NCBI GenBank assembly: GCA_963745035.1
Contig: CAVUVW010000020.1
Span: 1 to 64,000, forward strand
From: an uncultured delta proteobacterium
Lineage (GTDB): Bacteria; Desulfobacterota; Binatia; UBA9968
Length of the DNA stretch: 64,000 bases
Reading direction: 5' to 3'
The translations under genes were made by a program, and so were the position numbers. Under the pieces are notes generated by a model. It was not told the origin of the DNA and ran no database searches. It worked only from the letters and a program-made list of their open reading frames with translations. Positions 44,369 through 56,340 of this stretch are shown here, in pieces; position 1 is the stretch's first letter; each line of letters begins with the position of its first letter.

Positions 44369-44656
44369 TTGATGCGCTACATCGACCTCCATCGCGCCAA
44401 GGGCGTTAACGACAACTCCGAATCGCCCGCCCATACCGGCGATGCCCCGGCCAGAAATCTGAGCGCGACCGGAGCGCTGACTCGCAACGGCGAAACCATG
44501 ACGTTGATTCCATGGGAGGACATCTGGACGTCGCTGCGAGTGGCCCATATCCGCGGCCACGGCGAGATGATCGACGTCTTCTACGATACGCTTTTTAAAG
44601 AAGCCGTCTTCGACGACGACGGCGCCTGGTCGTCCGATCCAAAAGCCCGCTACTAG
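44369..44656 (+). CDS. Hypothetical protein
   Basis: ORF with genome-like codon usage; no recognisable motif. Confidence 0.5.
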   Translation: MMRYIDLHRAKGVNDNSESPAHTGDAPARNLSATGALTRNGETMTLIPWEDIWTSLRVAHIRGHGEMIDVFYDTLFKEAVFDDDGAWSSDPKARY

Positions 44657-45900
44657 TCTGCGCGTTTCTCACGCGTTTCGTTCATCGCAAAATTCTTCGC
44701 CGACGAATCTCCGCGAACCCGGCAGCAGCGCCGACCGCGGTCGTAAACTCGCCCGTTGCTTCCGAGGAGGCTCGCGACATGAAAACTTCATCGAATGAGA
44801 TATTGTCGAGATCCAGTTCCTTTGAAATGATTAGCCTCATCATAGGGATGGGATCAATGAACGTGCTGATTACGATGGCAATCGAACTCCAAGCGAGTCT
44901 CTTAGGGATTTGTGACGTCAAAGCAGGCAGTTTGATCTGTTGACAAACGGCCTTATGGAAGTGCCGGCCACGGCCGAAGAGTTGTGAGTGAAATGTCTCT
45001 GCGATTTGGCCGATGCAAAAGCATTCGTCAATTGGGCTTCGACGATTAACCGCCGACTAACGATGACCAACTTGCAATTACATTGCTTAGACGAGATGAG
45101 TTCTCGCAAAATCAAATCAAATTGAGAAGCCCTTGCAGCCTTCGCAGCCTACAATTCCCTGAGAGAGGCGCATGAATTTTTCCTGAATATTTCCGGGTCT
45201 CGTTTATCAGAACCCTTTAAAATGGTCTCGGGCTCGGAGTCGGCTACACAAATGCTTGACGAACAGGGTTAGCAGTGTCTCCGTGGATGCGATCACCGTG
45301 TTACGTACTAAGGAAGAAGCGCGTGAGATTTTGGATCTGGCGTGGCAGCTCGATGTGACGATTCACGACAGAATCAGTGTTTCCTCATCTCCCGACGATC
45401 CACCGTCATTTTTGCATTAGGACGGTTTCCTTTTATCCAGGCTTTCGGCACGTCACCGCTGTAAGTCAAAAAGCCATAGGTGGGCCGGATCCTCAAAAAT
45501 CTTGAGCTGCGCTCGACAACGCGGCGGTGTGACGGAAAATTCACATGAAAGCGGTTGATCTTTTACACCGCTAATGGTTTTAGATTGCTACCAGTGGAGC
45601 CGTTTCCGCCAGCAGTTGAGCTCGCATGCTGGCGCATTGAGAGGGCGAGCATGAAATTTCAAACGCGCTTGTTAAAAATTACAGTGTAAAAGCTTGGGTC
45701 TCATTTCTTTCCACAACTTATCCACAGGTGTTAATAACCGTATTTTCAATGTTAGTTTTCGGTCGTTTGTTTGGGGTTTTTCTGTTTTTTAATGCTATAT
45801 GTTTTTAGTTTCATGTAAAAAGCATGTTTTTGACATTTAGGTTTTTGTTCAGAGATAACGCATCCCGCGTTTTCGCTCGAAGAACTGCGTGAGGTGAATT

Positions 45901-46116
45901 TTGGCAAAGGGTAAAGACCGGGAAATTACGATTATTGATCGGAACTCGCCGAGGGTCGCAATCCAGATTACAGAAATTGTGATTGATCCAAAGACGAAAA
46001 CTCGACGCCGCGAATCCGTAGCACACTTGACTGTCACCAATCTTTCAGGCCAAGAGGCGAAGCGCATCATCATTAAAGCGATCGGAAAGCAAGCGGGATT
46101 AAAAAAGTCCGACTGA
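45901..46116 (+). CDS. Small basic hypothetical protein
   Basis: GAGGTG RBS before a TTG start; Lys/Arg-rich. Confidence 0.55.
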   Translation: MAKGKDREITIIDRNSPRVAIQITEIVIDPKTKTRRRESVAHLTVTNLSGQEAKRIIIKAIGKQAGLKKSD

Positions 46117-46955
46117 AACACGATGCAGCGGCTCGAATGCTGGCCTTTTTAATCGCGAGGGCAAGAACAAACACCGCATGCGAAACCTACAATGCTTTCG
46201 CAATCTAATAATTAGCTGCAGTCTTTATTCATTCGCCACGACTCCAAGGTCGTGCGCAGGTCTGGCCTCTGACATACGGAGAGGAGGTTGCTCTGTCTCT
46301 TGTAGAGGAGAACTGCGAGACTTCAGTCTCTGCTTTATGTTTAGTTAAATAATAAGATCCGCGTTCCTTGCGGTCGCGATCCCTGCGTGTCGCAAAATGT
46401 CGTGCTTCCCAGACTTCTTTTTTGTGCGGCTTTCGACCATAGAATTGTGCTCATCTGGGGTGCAATCGTCAAATCCACAATAGTTGTCGATAACCTGTTT
46501 ATAAGCGAGGCTTTGCGCATCGTTTCCTAGAATGAAATCACCAAAATGCTTATTTTTTGAACGGGAAAAGCGATGCTTTATAGACGACTTCAGACCGGAG
46601 GTGCCTCCAGCGGTGTAGCGATCACAAGACGTAATGGTGGCGAAATCGGCACCTGAGCTGCCAGAATCTATTCGACAATACCTGGACAGCTACGCGCCAG
46701 AATGGCGTCAATCGATCCTGCGACACGGTTAGCTAAAGGCGTGAAGAGTTGTTCGTCCGTGTAGTCTTTGTAAAGATCGGCAAGCCGCTTGGATTCTTCA
46801 GTTGTGGCCATAGCCGCGCGTTATGGGCACTGACGAACAAATCAAGCCCGCGAATGCGTGTTGCTGCGCGTGCTTTTCACCTTCCGGATTTCGACTCGCC
46901 GGCTCCTCCTGTAAAAAAACTTTGGACCGGTCTTCAAGCGAGATAAAATTAAAAG

Positions 46956-47147
46956 ATGATCGTCGTTTACCGCAAGCGCAAAGACGGTTCCCGCTGGCAC
47001 TTCCATACTCTCCATACTCAATGCCCGAATTGGCCGGAGACTAATTATATTCAGGTCCAGTTTGGACAACTCGCCGAAGGTGGGCGCGTTTGTGAAGACT
47101 GCGCTAGGCTCGAATCCCAAATGTTCCCAGGGAAGTGGCGTTGCTAG
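46956..47147 (+). CDS. Small putative Zn-binding protein, WHF..C..WP..CxxC family
   Basis: YRKRKDGSRWHFH..QCPNWPETNY..VCEDC. Confidence 0.7.
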   Translation: MIVVYRKRKDGSRWHFHTLHTQCPNWPETNYIQVQFGQLAEGGRVCEDCARLESQMFPGKWRC

Positions 47148-47278
47148 GATTCAAACTGAAGAGCGTTAGCACGACACTGGTGGTCTGCAAGTCGGGTGAC
47201 GTGAGGCACGCGTTTACGGTCGCCTTACGCGCGGCGCTTCAGGCTGCTACTCTATCAGCATAGAACAACGCAACTGTC

Positions 47279-48442
47279 TCAAAGCGGGAATGATATCCTA
47301 AATGTCGTTCCTTTGCCTACGTCGCTGACGTAGTCCACGGTCCCACGATGATCGCTAATAATCTGTTGTACAATTGGCAGTCCTAAGCCTGTACCTTCGG
47401 GCTTGCTACTTTTAAAAAGATGAAAAGCATCAAAATCTTCGGGTATGCCCTCCCCAGTGTCACTAACCTCAAGGACGAAGCGATCGTTTGTCCGATAACC
47501 TTTCAGAGTTAGAGCACCGCCGTTCGGCATAGCCTCAACCGCATTTTTGCAGAGATTTAAAATGACCTGTTTGATTTTTGCCGCATCGAGAGGCACAAGG
47601 GGCAGAATCTCATCAAAATGAATCCCAACGGCCACGCCGACGGCTTCATAACTTTTTAGATTGGGAGCGAGAACTTCTTCGATTATCTGCCGCAAATTGA
47701 TTTCTTCGATTTTAAGCGCCTGCGGTCGCGCGAGCGACCGATAGTCACCGAGCAGCATAGTCAATCGCTGGATTTCTTGGTGGGCTCCCTCGAGAGTCTC
47801 TCTGAGGAGCGGATTCTCATAGCTCGACTCGTTTACAAGATCGGTCATGATTTGTAGCGAGGTCGAGAGACCGTTTAGCGGATTAGCGATCTCATGAGCA
47901 AACACGGCGGCTGTGGTTCCCAGAGTCGCTAGACGTTCGGTCTCGTTCACCCGTTGCTCGGATGCTTTACGCTCCGTAATATCGCGCACCACCTTCGCGA
48001 AACCCGTCAGGTTTCCAGAAGGATCGTGAATAGCCGTGATCACCACATTGGCCCAAAAGACCGAGCCATCCTTGCGCAGGCGCAGGCTTTCGTCTTCATA
48101 TCTTCCCTTTGTCGCAGCAATTTCCAAATTTCGTTTCGGTATATTGTTCCGAAGATCATCGGGCGGGTAAAAGCGCGAGAAGTGCTTGCCGACAATTTCG
48201 TTCGCTTGATAGCCTTTGATGCGCTCGGCACCCGTGTTCCAGCTGACTACGTATCCATTGGGGTCCAGTATGTAGATCGCGTAATCTTGTATACTCTCAA
48301 CGAGTACGTGGAATCGCTCCTCGCTTTGACGAAGTTTCTCAGTTGTCGGATCATGATCCGGGTTATGCGCCTGCAATTTGTGAGTGACTTGTTTTGGCTG
48401 GGAAGAGAAAAGCCAACGCTTTACTGTTTGCAAGATGCCCAT
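47279..48442 (-). CDS. Cytoplasmic PAS-domain histidine kinase
   Basis: PAS/PAC (SWNTGAERIKGY, RKDGS.FWA), FAHEIANPL, NLCKNAVEAM, GTGLGL. Confidence 0.93.
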   Translation of the reverse strand: MGILQTVKRWLFSSQPKQVTHKLQAHNPDHDPTTEKLRQSEERFHVLVESIQDYAIYILDPNGYVVSWNTGAERIKGYQANEIVGKHFSRFYPPDDLRNNIPKRNLEIAATKGRYEDESLRLRKDGSVFWANVVITAIHDPSGNLTGFAKVVRDITERKASEQRVNETERLATLGTTAAVFAHEIANPLNGLSTSLQIMTDLVNESSYENPLLRETLEGAHQEIQRLTMLLGDYRSLARPQALKIEEINLRQIIEEVLAPNLKSYEAVGVAVGIHFDEILPLVPLDAAKIKQVILNLCKNAVEAMPNGGALTLKGYRTNDRFVLEVSDTGEGIPEDFDAFHLFKSSKPEGTGLGLPIVQQIISDHRGTVDYVSDVGKGTTFRISFPL

Positions 48443-48445
48443 CGC

Positions 48446-48820
48446 CTATGGTGCATTGCGGGGCGTCACACTCGTTACTTTGCTCAGCAACTCAGCGAGG
48501 GAGATAGGCTTTTCGAGGTACATTACATTGAGGTCGTGAGCGCGTTTCTGGAGCTGATTCGAGCCAAATGCTGTCACAAGAATACAGAGCGTATCAGGAT
48601 CGATTTTTTGCTGATACGAGATCACATCCATTCCGTCAGCCACGCCCGCCATGCGGAGATCGGAAACGACAATGTCGTATCGGTCTATTTGAGTAATTAG
48701 CCGAATAGCTTCTTCGCCGTTGGCGGCTTCATCGACTTCGATCTGGGCGCGTCGAAGATATAAAGCCGTATTTCTTCGGGTGAGCGTGTCGTCTTCGACC
48801 AGGAGAACACGGGTTGGCAT
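48446..48820 (-). CDS. Single-domain response regulator
   Basis: LLVEDD, SDLRM, VTAFG, EKP. Confidence 0.9.
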   Translation of the reverse strand: MPTRVLLVEDDTLTRRNTALYLRRAQIEVDEAANGEEAIRLITQIDRYDIVVSDLRMAGVADGMDVISYQQKIDPDTLCILVTAFGSNQLQKRAHDLNVMYLEKPISLAELLSKVTSVTPRNAP

Positions 48821-48879
48821 GGTGGGTGTGGCTCGAAGTCGAACAAATTTAACATTAATAACTTTGATGGCTCAAATCA

Positions 48880-49150
48880 AGAACGCATTTGACAGGAACG
48901 CGCCGACCGCCTTGGCAACCGGGCATGGACGGCTGGTCCCGCATGACACGAGGCGGTCGGCGGTGTGTAACTTCCGGCGGGCGGACCTAACCGAAAAGAA
49001 GGAATGAAGCGCAGCGGCCGGGAGACGGACTCGATTTATCGCCGGTACGACATCATCAGCGACGACGACCTAACCGAGTCAATGAATCGCGTTCAGGAGC
49101 ATTTGAAGAAAGAGGCGGAGAACCGGAAGGTTCTGCCGCTACAATGGCTT
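48880..49150 (+). pseudogene. Tyrosine integrase C-terminal remnant on the 3' side of tRNA-Ser(CGA)
   Basis: PHDTRRSAVCNFRRA..MKRSGRETDSIYRRYDI. Confidence 0.75.
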
Positions 49151-49290
49151 AACGTGGGTCCAAAGAACTTCACAAAACATGCACAAAAGGGCACTTTTCG
49201 AGGGTTGGGATAACTTGATTTTTCCTGCACAGACGTTTACCTGGGCATCAAGAAACGGGGGTAACTCTTTGCTGATTCAGCAGAAAGAAT

Positions 49291-49382
49291 TGGCGGAGAG
49301 GGAGGGATTCGAACCCCCGTTACCCTTCCGGGTAAACTTGATTTCGAGTCAAGCGCCTTCAACCGGGCTCGGCCACCTCTCC
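49291..49382 (-). tRNA. tRNA-Ser(CGA)
   Basis: GGAGAGG acceptor stem, CTCGAAA anticodon loop, long variable arm, encoded CCA. Confidence 0.96.
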
Positions 49383-49449
49383 GTAAGTGTGTCACTATTG
49401 CTGAATTATCTTTTTCTTTCAAGGCGTTGCTCATGGCATAGCGCGCGAT

Positions 49450-49720
49450 TTCTTTGCGGAAGTCGTACGCAACGGATTTGTGCCGCGTGTCCGGCGCGAA
49501 GTCTATGCCGCGCTCACTCCGCTGCACACTGACAAGTGCCCCTTCGTCAACTTACCCGAGAAACGCCGGACGGCGTGGTCGCTCACGGCGAAAAAAATGA
49601 AAGACTGCCGCTGGGTCAACCCGAGCTGCGTTGCTCAAATCGAATTTACCGAGTGGACGCCCGACGGCCATCTAAGACATTCAAGCTTTGCAGGATTACG
49701 GGAAGATAAAGATGCTCAGT
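49450..49720 (+). pseudogene. ATP-dependent DNA ligase (LigD-type) C-terminal fragment
   Basis: CPFVNLP, CRWVNP..VAQIEFTEWTPDGHLRHSSFAGLREDK. Confidence 0.75.
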
Positions 49721-50030
49721 ACAGCACGTTGAACGGGAATAGGGGTGGTCTGCTGCGTCGCGGCCCGAATGGATACTGGGCGCTGCGCATCACCGCCGCA
49801 TGATCTAAGCGAGTTCCTGCTGCCGGTTGCAGGTGGCGAGCGGGCCGAGCTACGGGTTTGCCTTCCGCCGGCCGGCCTGATATCTGACGCGGGCGTGCTC
49901 TACACCATCAAGCTTTACGCCTACTTCTTTCACGCCAACGTGCCTACCGTAGTCGTCGCCAACCGCTGGCTGACCGGCTTCGCGCTGCCGCTGCTGCTGA
50001 TCGCCCTCACGCTCGTGTACTCTTACGCCG

Positions 50031-50421
50031 TCATTCGCTTTGGTCGCTGGCTCTTCGGTCGAAAGAATTTGTGATCGGCGTACTGCTCCCGACCTTCTCG
50101 AGCACGCGGCGAAGCCAGTCGATCTTTGGTTTATTCTCGCGGTAGCTGGCCGCGAGCTCGTTCATCTCCCCGACGATCTTCTCAGCACAGGCCAGCGCGA
50201 TGCCGCGCGCCGTGACGCGGAGCTTCTCGCGCTTCCGTAGCTCCTCCCGGCCGTTTCGGGTGTCGCCCTGAAGCGTGCGGCGATAGCGGCGCACCAGCCA
50301 CGCCCTATCGTCGAGCGACTTTTCCAGATACTCCATCGCATCGTAGAGTTTCACCAGCCGGAGCTCGCCCACGTCGAGCGCCCCGTGGCGGAGCAGATCG
50401 ACCGCCCACGCCGGATTCATC
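50031..50421 (-). CDS. Hypothetical protein
   Basis: ORF from MNPAWAVDLL; island cargo. Confidence 0.45.
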
Positions 50422-50822
50422 GCAGTCAAGTAATAACCACCGTCGGCACCAGGTGATGCACCGCAATCTCCGCCAGTGCGAGCCCGAACCACGCTGCCAG
50501 CTCCTCGTCCTCGTAGGCCAATGAAGGGTCCGAGTAGTCGTCGACGCCATAGAGTGAGTTATCCGGCATGTCGAGGTAAACCCACCCGACCGCAAACCAC
50601 GTCCGAGTCGTTGTGTACCCTGAGCGCTCTGCCGCAGAGGCGAAAGCCTTTGTAGCGCTCAATGGATGTTTCGTGGCCGTACATCGAAAGATATTTCGAT
50701 ACGCGGGGAAAACCGCGGTGCAACAGATAAAAACCCGACCGACGGGGGACACCGGGAAGCCGCTTCAAATTATTTTTTTGCCCACCTTACTAGACCCGCT
50801 CATTTGTGTCTAAGCTAGTTCA

Positions 50823-51131
50823 GTGGAACTGCGTGATCACCCGCTGCTGCATTACTACGGCCTTCGTTGCTGGCCTCCGACCTGGAGTCCAATCAAAGAG
50901 CCTAAGAATAAATGCATCACGGGGGAAGTCGGCGTACTAAAACGGGGATCCTATTCGTCAATGGCGGGCTATGTCTGCCACTTGTACACCGAATATGAAG
51001 GCCGAAATTACATAGGCACACTTCTCATAGATGATGCCGCGTTTTGTCGGCAGCTCTTCTTTGCGCTGCATCACCATACGAACCTCTCAATGGAAGAGAT
51101 CGGCTCCTTAGATATGTCCTATACGCTCTAG
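50823..51131 (+). CDS. Hypothetical LRxHP/GEVG family protein (copy 3)
   Basis: ELRDHPLL..WPPTW..GEVGVL..DDAAFC..EEIGSLDMSYTL. Confidence 0.75.
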   Translation: MELRDHPLLHYYGLRCWPPTWSPIKEPKNKCITGEVGVLKRGSYSSMAGYVCHLYTEYEGRNYIGTLLIDDAAFCRQLFFALHHHTNLSMEEIGSLDMSYTL

Positions 51132-51146
51132 GCCACCTTACACACC

Positions 51147-51479
51147 ATGTCTATTCGGGTTGTGCAGCTCCGTGACCACCCGCTAATGACACGCAAAAGC
51201 GGTGTCCCGACGTGGCCGCCGAAATGGACGACGACCCGCACAGACGCCAACGATAGGCCCATTGGCGAAGTTGGAACGCTTCAGCAACCATTGATGAACG
51301 AGTTAATGGAAACCAAGATTTTCTTGTTTATAGACTATAACGGCTCTCGCTATATGGGTATGCTGGTTTTTGATGACCAAATATTCTGCTCAAAAATCTT
51401 CGCTCTATTAAAAGTAAAAGCCAATGTAGGCCGTTCGATCAAAGAAATCGGCGACTTGGATTTGTCGCATACGTTTTGA
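51147..51479 (+). CDS. Hypothetical LRxHP/GEVG family protein (copy 4, tandem)
   Basis: QLRDHPLM..WPPKW..GEVGTL..DDQIFC..KEIGDLDLSHTF. Confidence 0.75.
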   Translation: MSIRVVQLRDHPLMTRKSGVPTWPPKWTTTRTDANDRPIGEVGTLQQPLMNELMETKIFLFIDYNGSRYMGMLVFDDQIFCSKIFALLKVKANVGRSIKEIGDLDLSHTF

Positions 51480-51914
51480 TTTCCAGGACAACACGCCATT
51501 ACCCCACCACCCGGAGCTTGGGCAGCTAAAAGATCAACCCGCCCGACGCGCAGCAGATCAGCGACCTCAGCCGATTGTGCCGAGCGATCAAGATTGGCGA
51601 AGACTCATCGTTTGAAGATCGTTAATCACGCCGACAGCAAATCACTCGCAAGCTCCAGCTCGTACCCATCGGCGCCTTCCAAAACGGCCTGAAGTCTCGC
51701 CGCGCTGAGGGCGCCTTCACCTTGCTTGCCGTCGCTTTTGGGTAGTGTCCTAATTTGATTTGGCTATTTTTGTTTTGTCGGGTTTTGGCAAAAGGCAGGT
51801 TCAAGGGGTTTGCCCAACGCTCCCCCGCAGCGATCCAAGAAAGGTGAAGAGCACGCAGAGAACACGCATCCGAGACATAGCTGGTTTTGAAGATCAGCGG
51901 CACCAGCAGGCGGT

Positions 51915-52808
51915 TTACTTTTGGGCGACCACGAACACGCCGCCGCAGAGCAAGTCGTCAATGGCGTAGTTCTGGAAGCTCTGATGCGGGCGGATGTTGG
52001 GGTGCTTCCGGATGCGGTTCCGCTCGGCTTGGAGAATCCTGAATCCGGCCTCTTTTATGATCTTCAAGTGATCGCTCACGCGAAGCCGGTTTTGGTAGTG
52101 CAGGGGCGGGTTCATGAGTGCCCATGTTTGCGGCGAGTAGCGCAGAAAATTGCAATGGGAAATCGAGCGGTCGAAGCGCGAGTAGTGATCGGCGGGGTCG
52201 ATGGCAGCGCAGAACAAGCCGCCGGGACGGAGCAGTTCCCGGCAATGCTTGACCAGAGCGGGAAGCACGTTTGCCGAGATATGCTCCATGACCGACGTGC
52301 TGGAAATCAAGTCCAGGCCGGTGGGGCTCTCCATTTTCAGCAAATCGCCCACGCGATACTTAATACCCATCGCGCTCAAATCGGTGACGCCATTGATGCG
52401 GTTGGGCAGAGCAAAAACATTTGCGCCAGGTGCGCGCTCCGCGACCTTATCTGCTAGCCTGTGCGCTTGATCCAGCGTCTCGTTAATCAGGTCGTAATGA
52501 AGTTTCGCGTTGATGTCGATCAGCGTTTGATCGCGCATGCCAAGCGCGCAGAGCGCCACGGCGATGGCGCAATCCCAGCCCGCGCCAAACTCCAAGCAGC
52601 GTGCATCGCTTACCGTCGTGTCCGTGTACTGCTTGAGCGCCGCGACGTAGAGCCCGGCAAATTCGCAATGAGCCAAAAACGTTGCGTCGGAGTGCGGCAG
52701 GCCGTGCGTTACGTGGCGTTGGAGAAAGTAGTTAAGGCTGTTGCCGCCTGGCAGGCGGGAGAGGACTTGCTGGCCCAGGGCTTTGGCGATCCAGGCGCCT
52801 TACAGCAT
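51915..52808 (-). CDS. Class I SAM-dependent methyltransferase (5' end disrupted)
   Basis: CLEFGAGWD, DLISSTSVMEHI, LRPGG, DHYS..YQNRLR. Confidence 0.75.
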
Positions 52809-53120
52809 AGGGAACGATTTCTAAGCCGACGCCAAAGGATGTCAAGCCGAAAATTGTCCGATTTTGCCGGCGCCCGCTCCGGCGTAACCTCACCGCACCC
52901 GCCGGACATCGTAGCCATTGAATGCAGGCTGACCGCGCGAACTTACCCGTAAGGCTTTAAACGGCTCTCGCGGTGGCGGCGCGCCGGGGGTCGATCCTAT
53001 CGATACAGAGTTAAAACGCGTTTGCCACTTACTGCCAGACCGTGCGCTTGCTGCGCCGGTCCCGTTCAATAGCTTGCGAGATGAGGAAACGGAAGAAGGT
53101 AGTCGGTGCAGTTAGCGTTG

Positions 53121-53492
53121 CTAGTCCAAGCCGAAAACGAAATAAATAATTACTGCAATCCCGAACGCAGCTAAAAGCAGATTTGTATAGACGCCCATAT
53201 TGACCCAGTAGCTTTCTGGAATTTCTATCGGCCTTAGAGTTTTAAGGACGCCCCGGTATTGAACTACGGACAGCACGGAAACAATGGCCCCAAAGAGAAT
53301 GAACGATATTCCAACCCAAAATGATCCATTTCGTCGCGCATGATCGCCCTGGCTCATCAAGAACATATGAAGGAAAAGCCCGAAGCGCTCTATGGCGAAT
53401 CCGAACGCCATTAAGGCCACCGTCGTGCGCGTCCATGCCATTAGGGTGCGCTCTGCCGCAAAAAATACCCTTGGGTCATTCAGGTCTGACAT
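53121..53492 (-). CDS. YidH/DUF202 inner membrane protein (copy 2)
   Basis: Close paralog of 7878..8249. Confidence 0.9.
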   Translation of the reverse strand: MSDLNDPRVFFAAERTLMAWTRTTVALMAFGFAIERFGLFLHMFLMSQGDHARRNGSFWVGISFILFGAIVSVLSVVQYRGVLKTLRPIEIPESYWVNMGVYTNLLLAAFGIAVIIYFVFGLD

Positions 53493-53626
53493 GGCGTGGT
53501 AGCGTATATCTTTTTACTGCGGGCGTGAATCTCAAGTAGTTTTTCCGAAATTGTTCAATCGTGCATACGGGTTTGCGCCACGGGCAGAGCTAGATTATTA
53601 TCCGGTCCGACAAAGGGTGTAGCCCC

Positions 53627-53822
53627 GTGGAATACCGTCGAGATTCAATGGAGAAGACTTGGCACTTCTGTCGGAATTGCTCCAAGTGGCCATACGAAAG
53701 TTTCAACATAATGCGACTGCAAGACTTCCCCGCCACAACTTGAACTCTGCGCGGAATGCGTCGAACTGAAGCGCGATGACCAGTGTCGCGTAACTAGCCT
53801 CTCTATTGAGTTTGAACCCTAG
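53627..53822 (+). CDS. Small WHFCxxCxxWP..CxxC protein (indel near 53725)
   Basis: EYRRDSMEKTWHFCRNCSKWPYESF..ELCAECVELKRDD. Confidence 0.6.
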
Positions 53823-54364
53823 CAAGGGACGTACTCGACACGATAATCCGGCTGGAAGGATGGGAGTGGTCGAGCAGAGATGGCAGTCGATCCTCAATGA
53901 GTCGCGCGCGTTCGGCGCAGATCGACTAAAATCGGTAGACAACGGTGATCCGCCGCAATCCTCATGGCGACGACGGATGCCAGGTAGGAGATTGATGTGA
54001 AAACAGTTTAGCATGCTGGCCATTTGCGTTTGGCCACTCTTGGAACCGCCGTACAAGAACAATGCTCCAATTCTCGACGCGCCGTTCAAGCAATGGACTG
54101 TTGCCACATATAATCGGGATGGGATTAGCCTTCCATATTATTTTGATACGCGCAAAGAATGTGAGGACCGGCGAAGGGCCTACTGTACAGCGCTCATAAG
54201 GCATGTTTGGCCATGAACGTGCCGTCATGAAAGAGGCATGACCGACTCCGAAATACGATCAAAAAATTTTTAAATAAAGAAGGATGGGAGCCCTCGACAA
54301 TGCCCCCGACCACTTAAAAGAAATTTTAACCAATCCGAATTAATGAACCAATCTCCTCCAGTTT

Positions 54365-54577
54365 TTATCTCTCTGCATCAATCCATTTCTTTCCGCACCG
54401 AACTCCCCAGGCTTCGGCTTCGGCTACCGAATCGAAGATCTCTTCCGGTTTCAAAGGTTGAAAAGTTTCGCGGCCCTCCTCACCCCAGGAGACCATTACG
54501 CTTGCAATCCATTTTTGGCTGTCTGGCGTCTGATGGCCTACTGATTCAATTCTACGGCTAGCGTACAGGCGTCTCAT
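54365..54577 (-). CDS. Small hypothetical protein
   Basis: GGGAGG RBS; KWIASVMVSW..FDSVAEAEAWG..KKWID. Confidence 0.6.
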   Translation of the reverse strand: MRRLYASRRIESVGHQTPDSQKWIASVMVSWGEEGRETFQPLKPEEIFDSVAEAEAWGVRCGKKWIDAER

Positions 54578-54940
54578 GGTTTCCTCCCGGCTGGAGCGAT
54601 TAAAACATCCTTGGCTGGATATAAGTCCTGCCGTCCCAGCCGTTCTTCTTCCTAAATTCCTGAAGGTACTGCTCTACCAAAAACTGCGCTTCCTGCTCCG
54701 AAATAATCCCATGCGTCCGCGCAGACGCAATAGTTTTCCCCCAAATACGCCCTTCGACTTCCGTCCGATTCACATGGCCTCCGAGCTTGAAAATCCAGAA
54801 CGTCTACCATGTTCCATTCGCAAAGCCAACCGACAAACTTCCTCATGCTATCAGCGTATTGCTAGGGTCATCCGGCAATTCAAGTTCGCCAACCTCACCT
54901 TTTTCGTTCGGTGCTTCCTGCGTGAGCGCCCAGGCCAGGG

Positions 54941-55147
54941 TCAAGGCCGCTTTGATCGCGTCGGCTTCCCCGACTTCTTAACACAGGAATATAGAATCGT
55001 ATCCCATGGCCGCCGGCCGTCTTGGTCGAAGTCGAAGGCAAGCCGCAGGATTTCCCGTTGGTGATCCATCAGGCTGAAGGTGTCGCCGCGCTCGTTCTTC
55101 TTGATCAGCTTGTCTATGAACGTGATGGTGGGAATCAGCTTTGCCAT
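54941..55147 (-). pseudogene. Phage terminase large subunit N-terminal remnant
   Basis: FSLMDHQREIL..WDTILYSCVKKSGK (Q motif plus Walker A start); a shorter copy MTKLIHPITFIDKLVKKNEQ lies at 56720-56780. Confidence 0.65.
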
Positions 55148-56034
55148 GGTGCTTGACTTAGTATCTCCCTTTTCAGTATAAGCGTACGCCTACTAGCGAG
55201 GTGCTTGCTATGCAACGGGAAATGATGATCGTGATCTCCATCGAGGCGTACACAGCAATATTGACGAAATGCGATGCCCGCCAGGAGTATGCTCTGTTAA
55301 TAAACGGTATCATCGCCTGCGATAGCGAAGCAATTGGCTTTTGCGCTTGCTAATAGCGAGATGCCTTTTTCCTCTGCACGCGCCTTGATCTTGGCCATGA
55401 ACTGCGCCGGCAAGGCCAGCCAATGCCTCACAACTTGGCCGCCGATCGTCACCCTCGGGAAAGTCGATATAAGCGGGCGCGTCACGATCCCGCCAGTTGC
55501 ATGTCTCGACGACGTTGTCACGGACGCGCGATCGGTGAGCCCTAACACTATTACTCTTGATCTCCTTAACCGCGAACGCGAGGAGTACAAGATCAGCCTG
55601 CCCCTTGCCCCATCTCTCCAAGCCAAAGTGCTCGTCCAAATTGCTAAGCAGCGACGCATTAGCCTCCGAGAAGTCGGAGAATTGCGGATATGACGTTCGG
55701 GTCTGTCATAATTCGTCCAGCAAGGCAATGAAACTGGAGGATGCCGACGCGATTGAGCAACGCCTTTGCCCGCCTGAGCGCGTAACCATTCCGGCAGCGA
55801 TCAGAGCAGTAGCGTTTGCCGCGCTGTGCCTTAACGGTGATAGGTGCCTTGCAGAAGGGATTAGCGCACCGCTCAGAATCCCTGCTAGTAGCCGTTAACG
55901 GCTCAACAGCGCTTTCTTGCGTTCTGTTGGGGTCCGTGCCTCTGTGTCACGGTTGCCGGCCGGCCTCCATTGATCGACCCACGCCTGGATGGGCATCCTT
56001 GACAAAGGCTCTCACTACAGAGGATATTGCCGAC

Positions 56035-56340
56035 ATGTCGCGAAAGTTTTGGGCCGTTCTTCTTATCTTCGGCTGGGTCAGTCTTTCAGGCTTTGATGTC
56101 CTCGACGATCTCGACGAAGTTCCCGGTCAAGCGGCTGTTTCTCGCAGCTCGCATGAAGGTTCCAGCTCGAAGCGGGCGATGGGAGCGCTCCCGAACAACA
56201 TTATCGAGTCGGCAAGTCCCATACCCGAGGTGCAGGGGCTGATCGTCAATCTCGTCCAGGGTATTTTGCCCGTTTATTCAACCCCCGATTTTCACCGTCA
56301 TTCCCAACTCCACAAGCTCTACCACGTCTTTCTGATTTGA
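56035..56340 (+). CDS. Leader-like small protein with N-terminal TM/signal, ending LHKLYHVFLI
   Basis: Followed by a 34-aa hydrophobic ORF at 56460-56564. Confidence 0.5.
   Translation: MSRKFWAVLLIFGWVSLSGFDVLDDLDEVPGQAAVSRSSHEGSSSKRAMGALPNNIIESASPIPEVQGLIVNLVQGILPVYSTPDFHRHSQLHKLYHVFLI

Noticed and set aside
43750-49290. A third att-bounded island on the 3' side of tRNA-Ser(CGA)
   Set aside because: An integrase remnant is present, but I found no 3' tRNA repeat, so boundaries cannot be supported.
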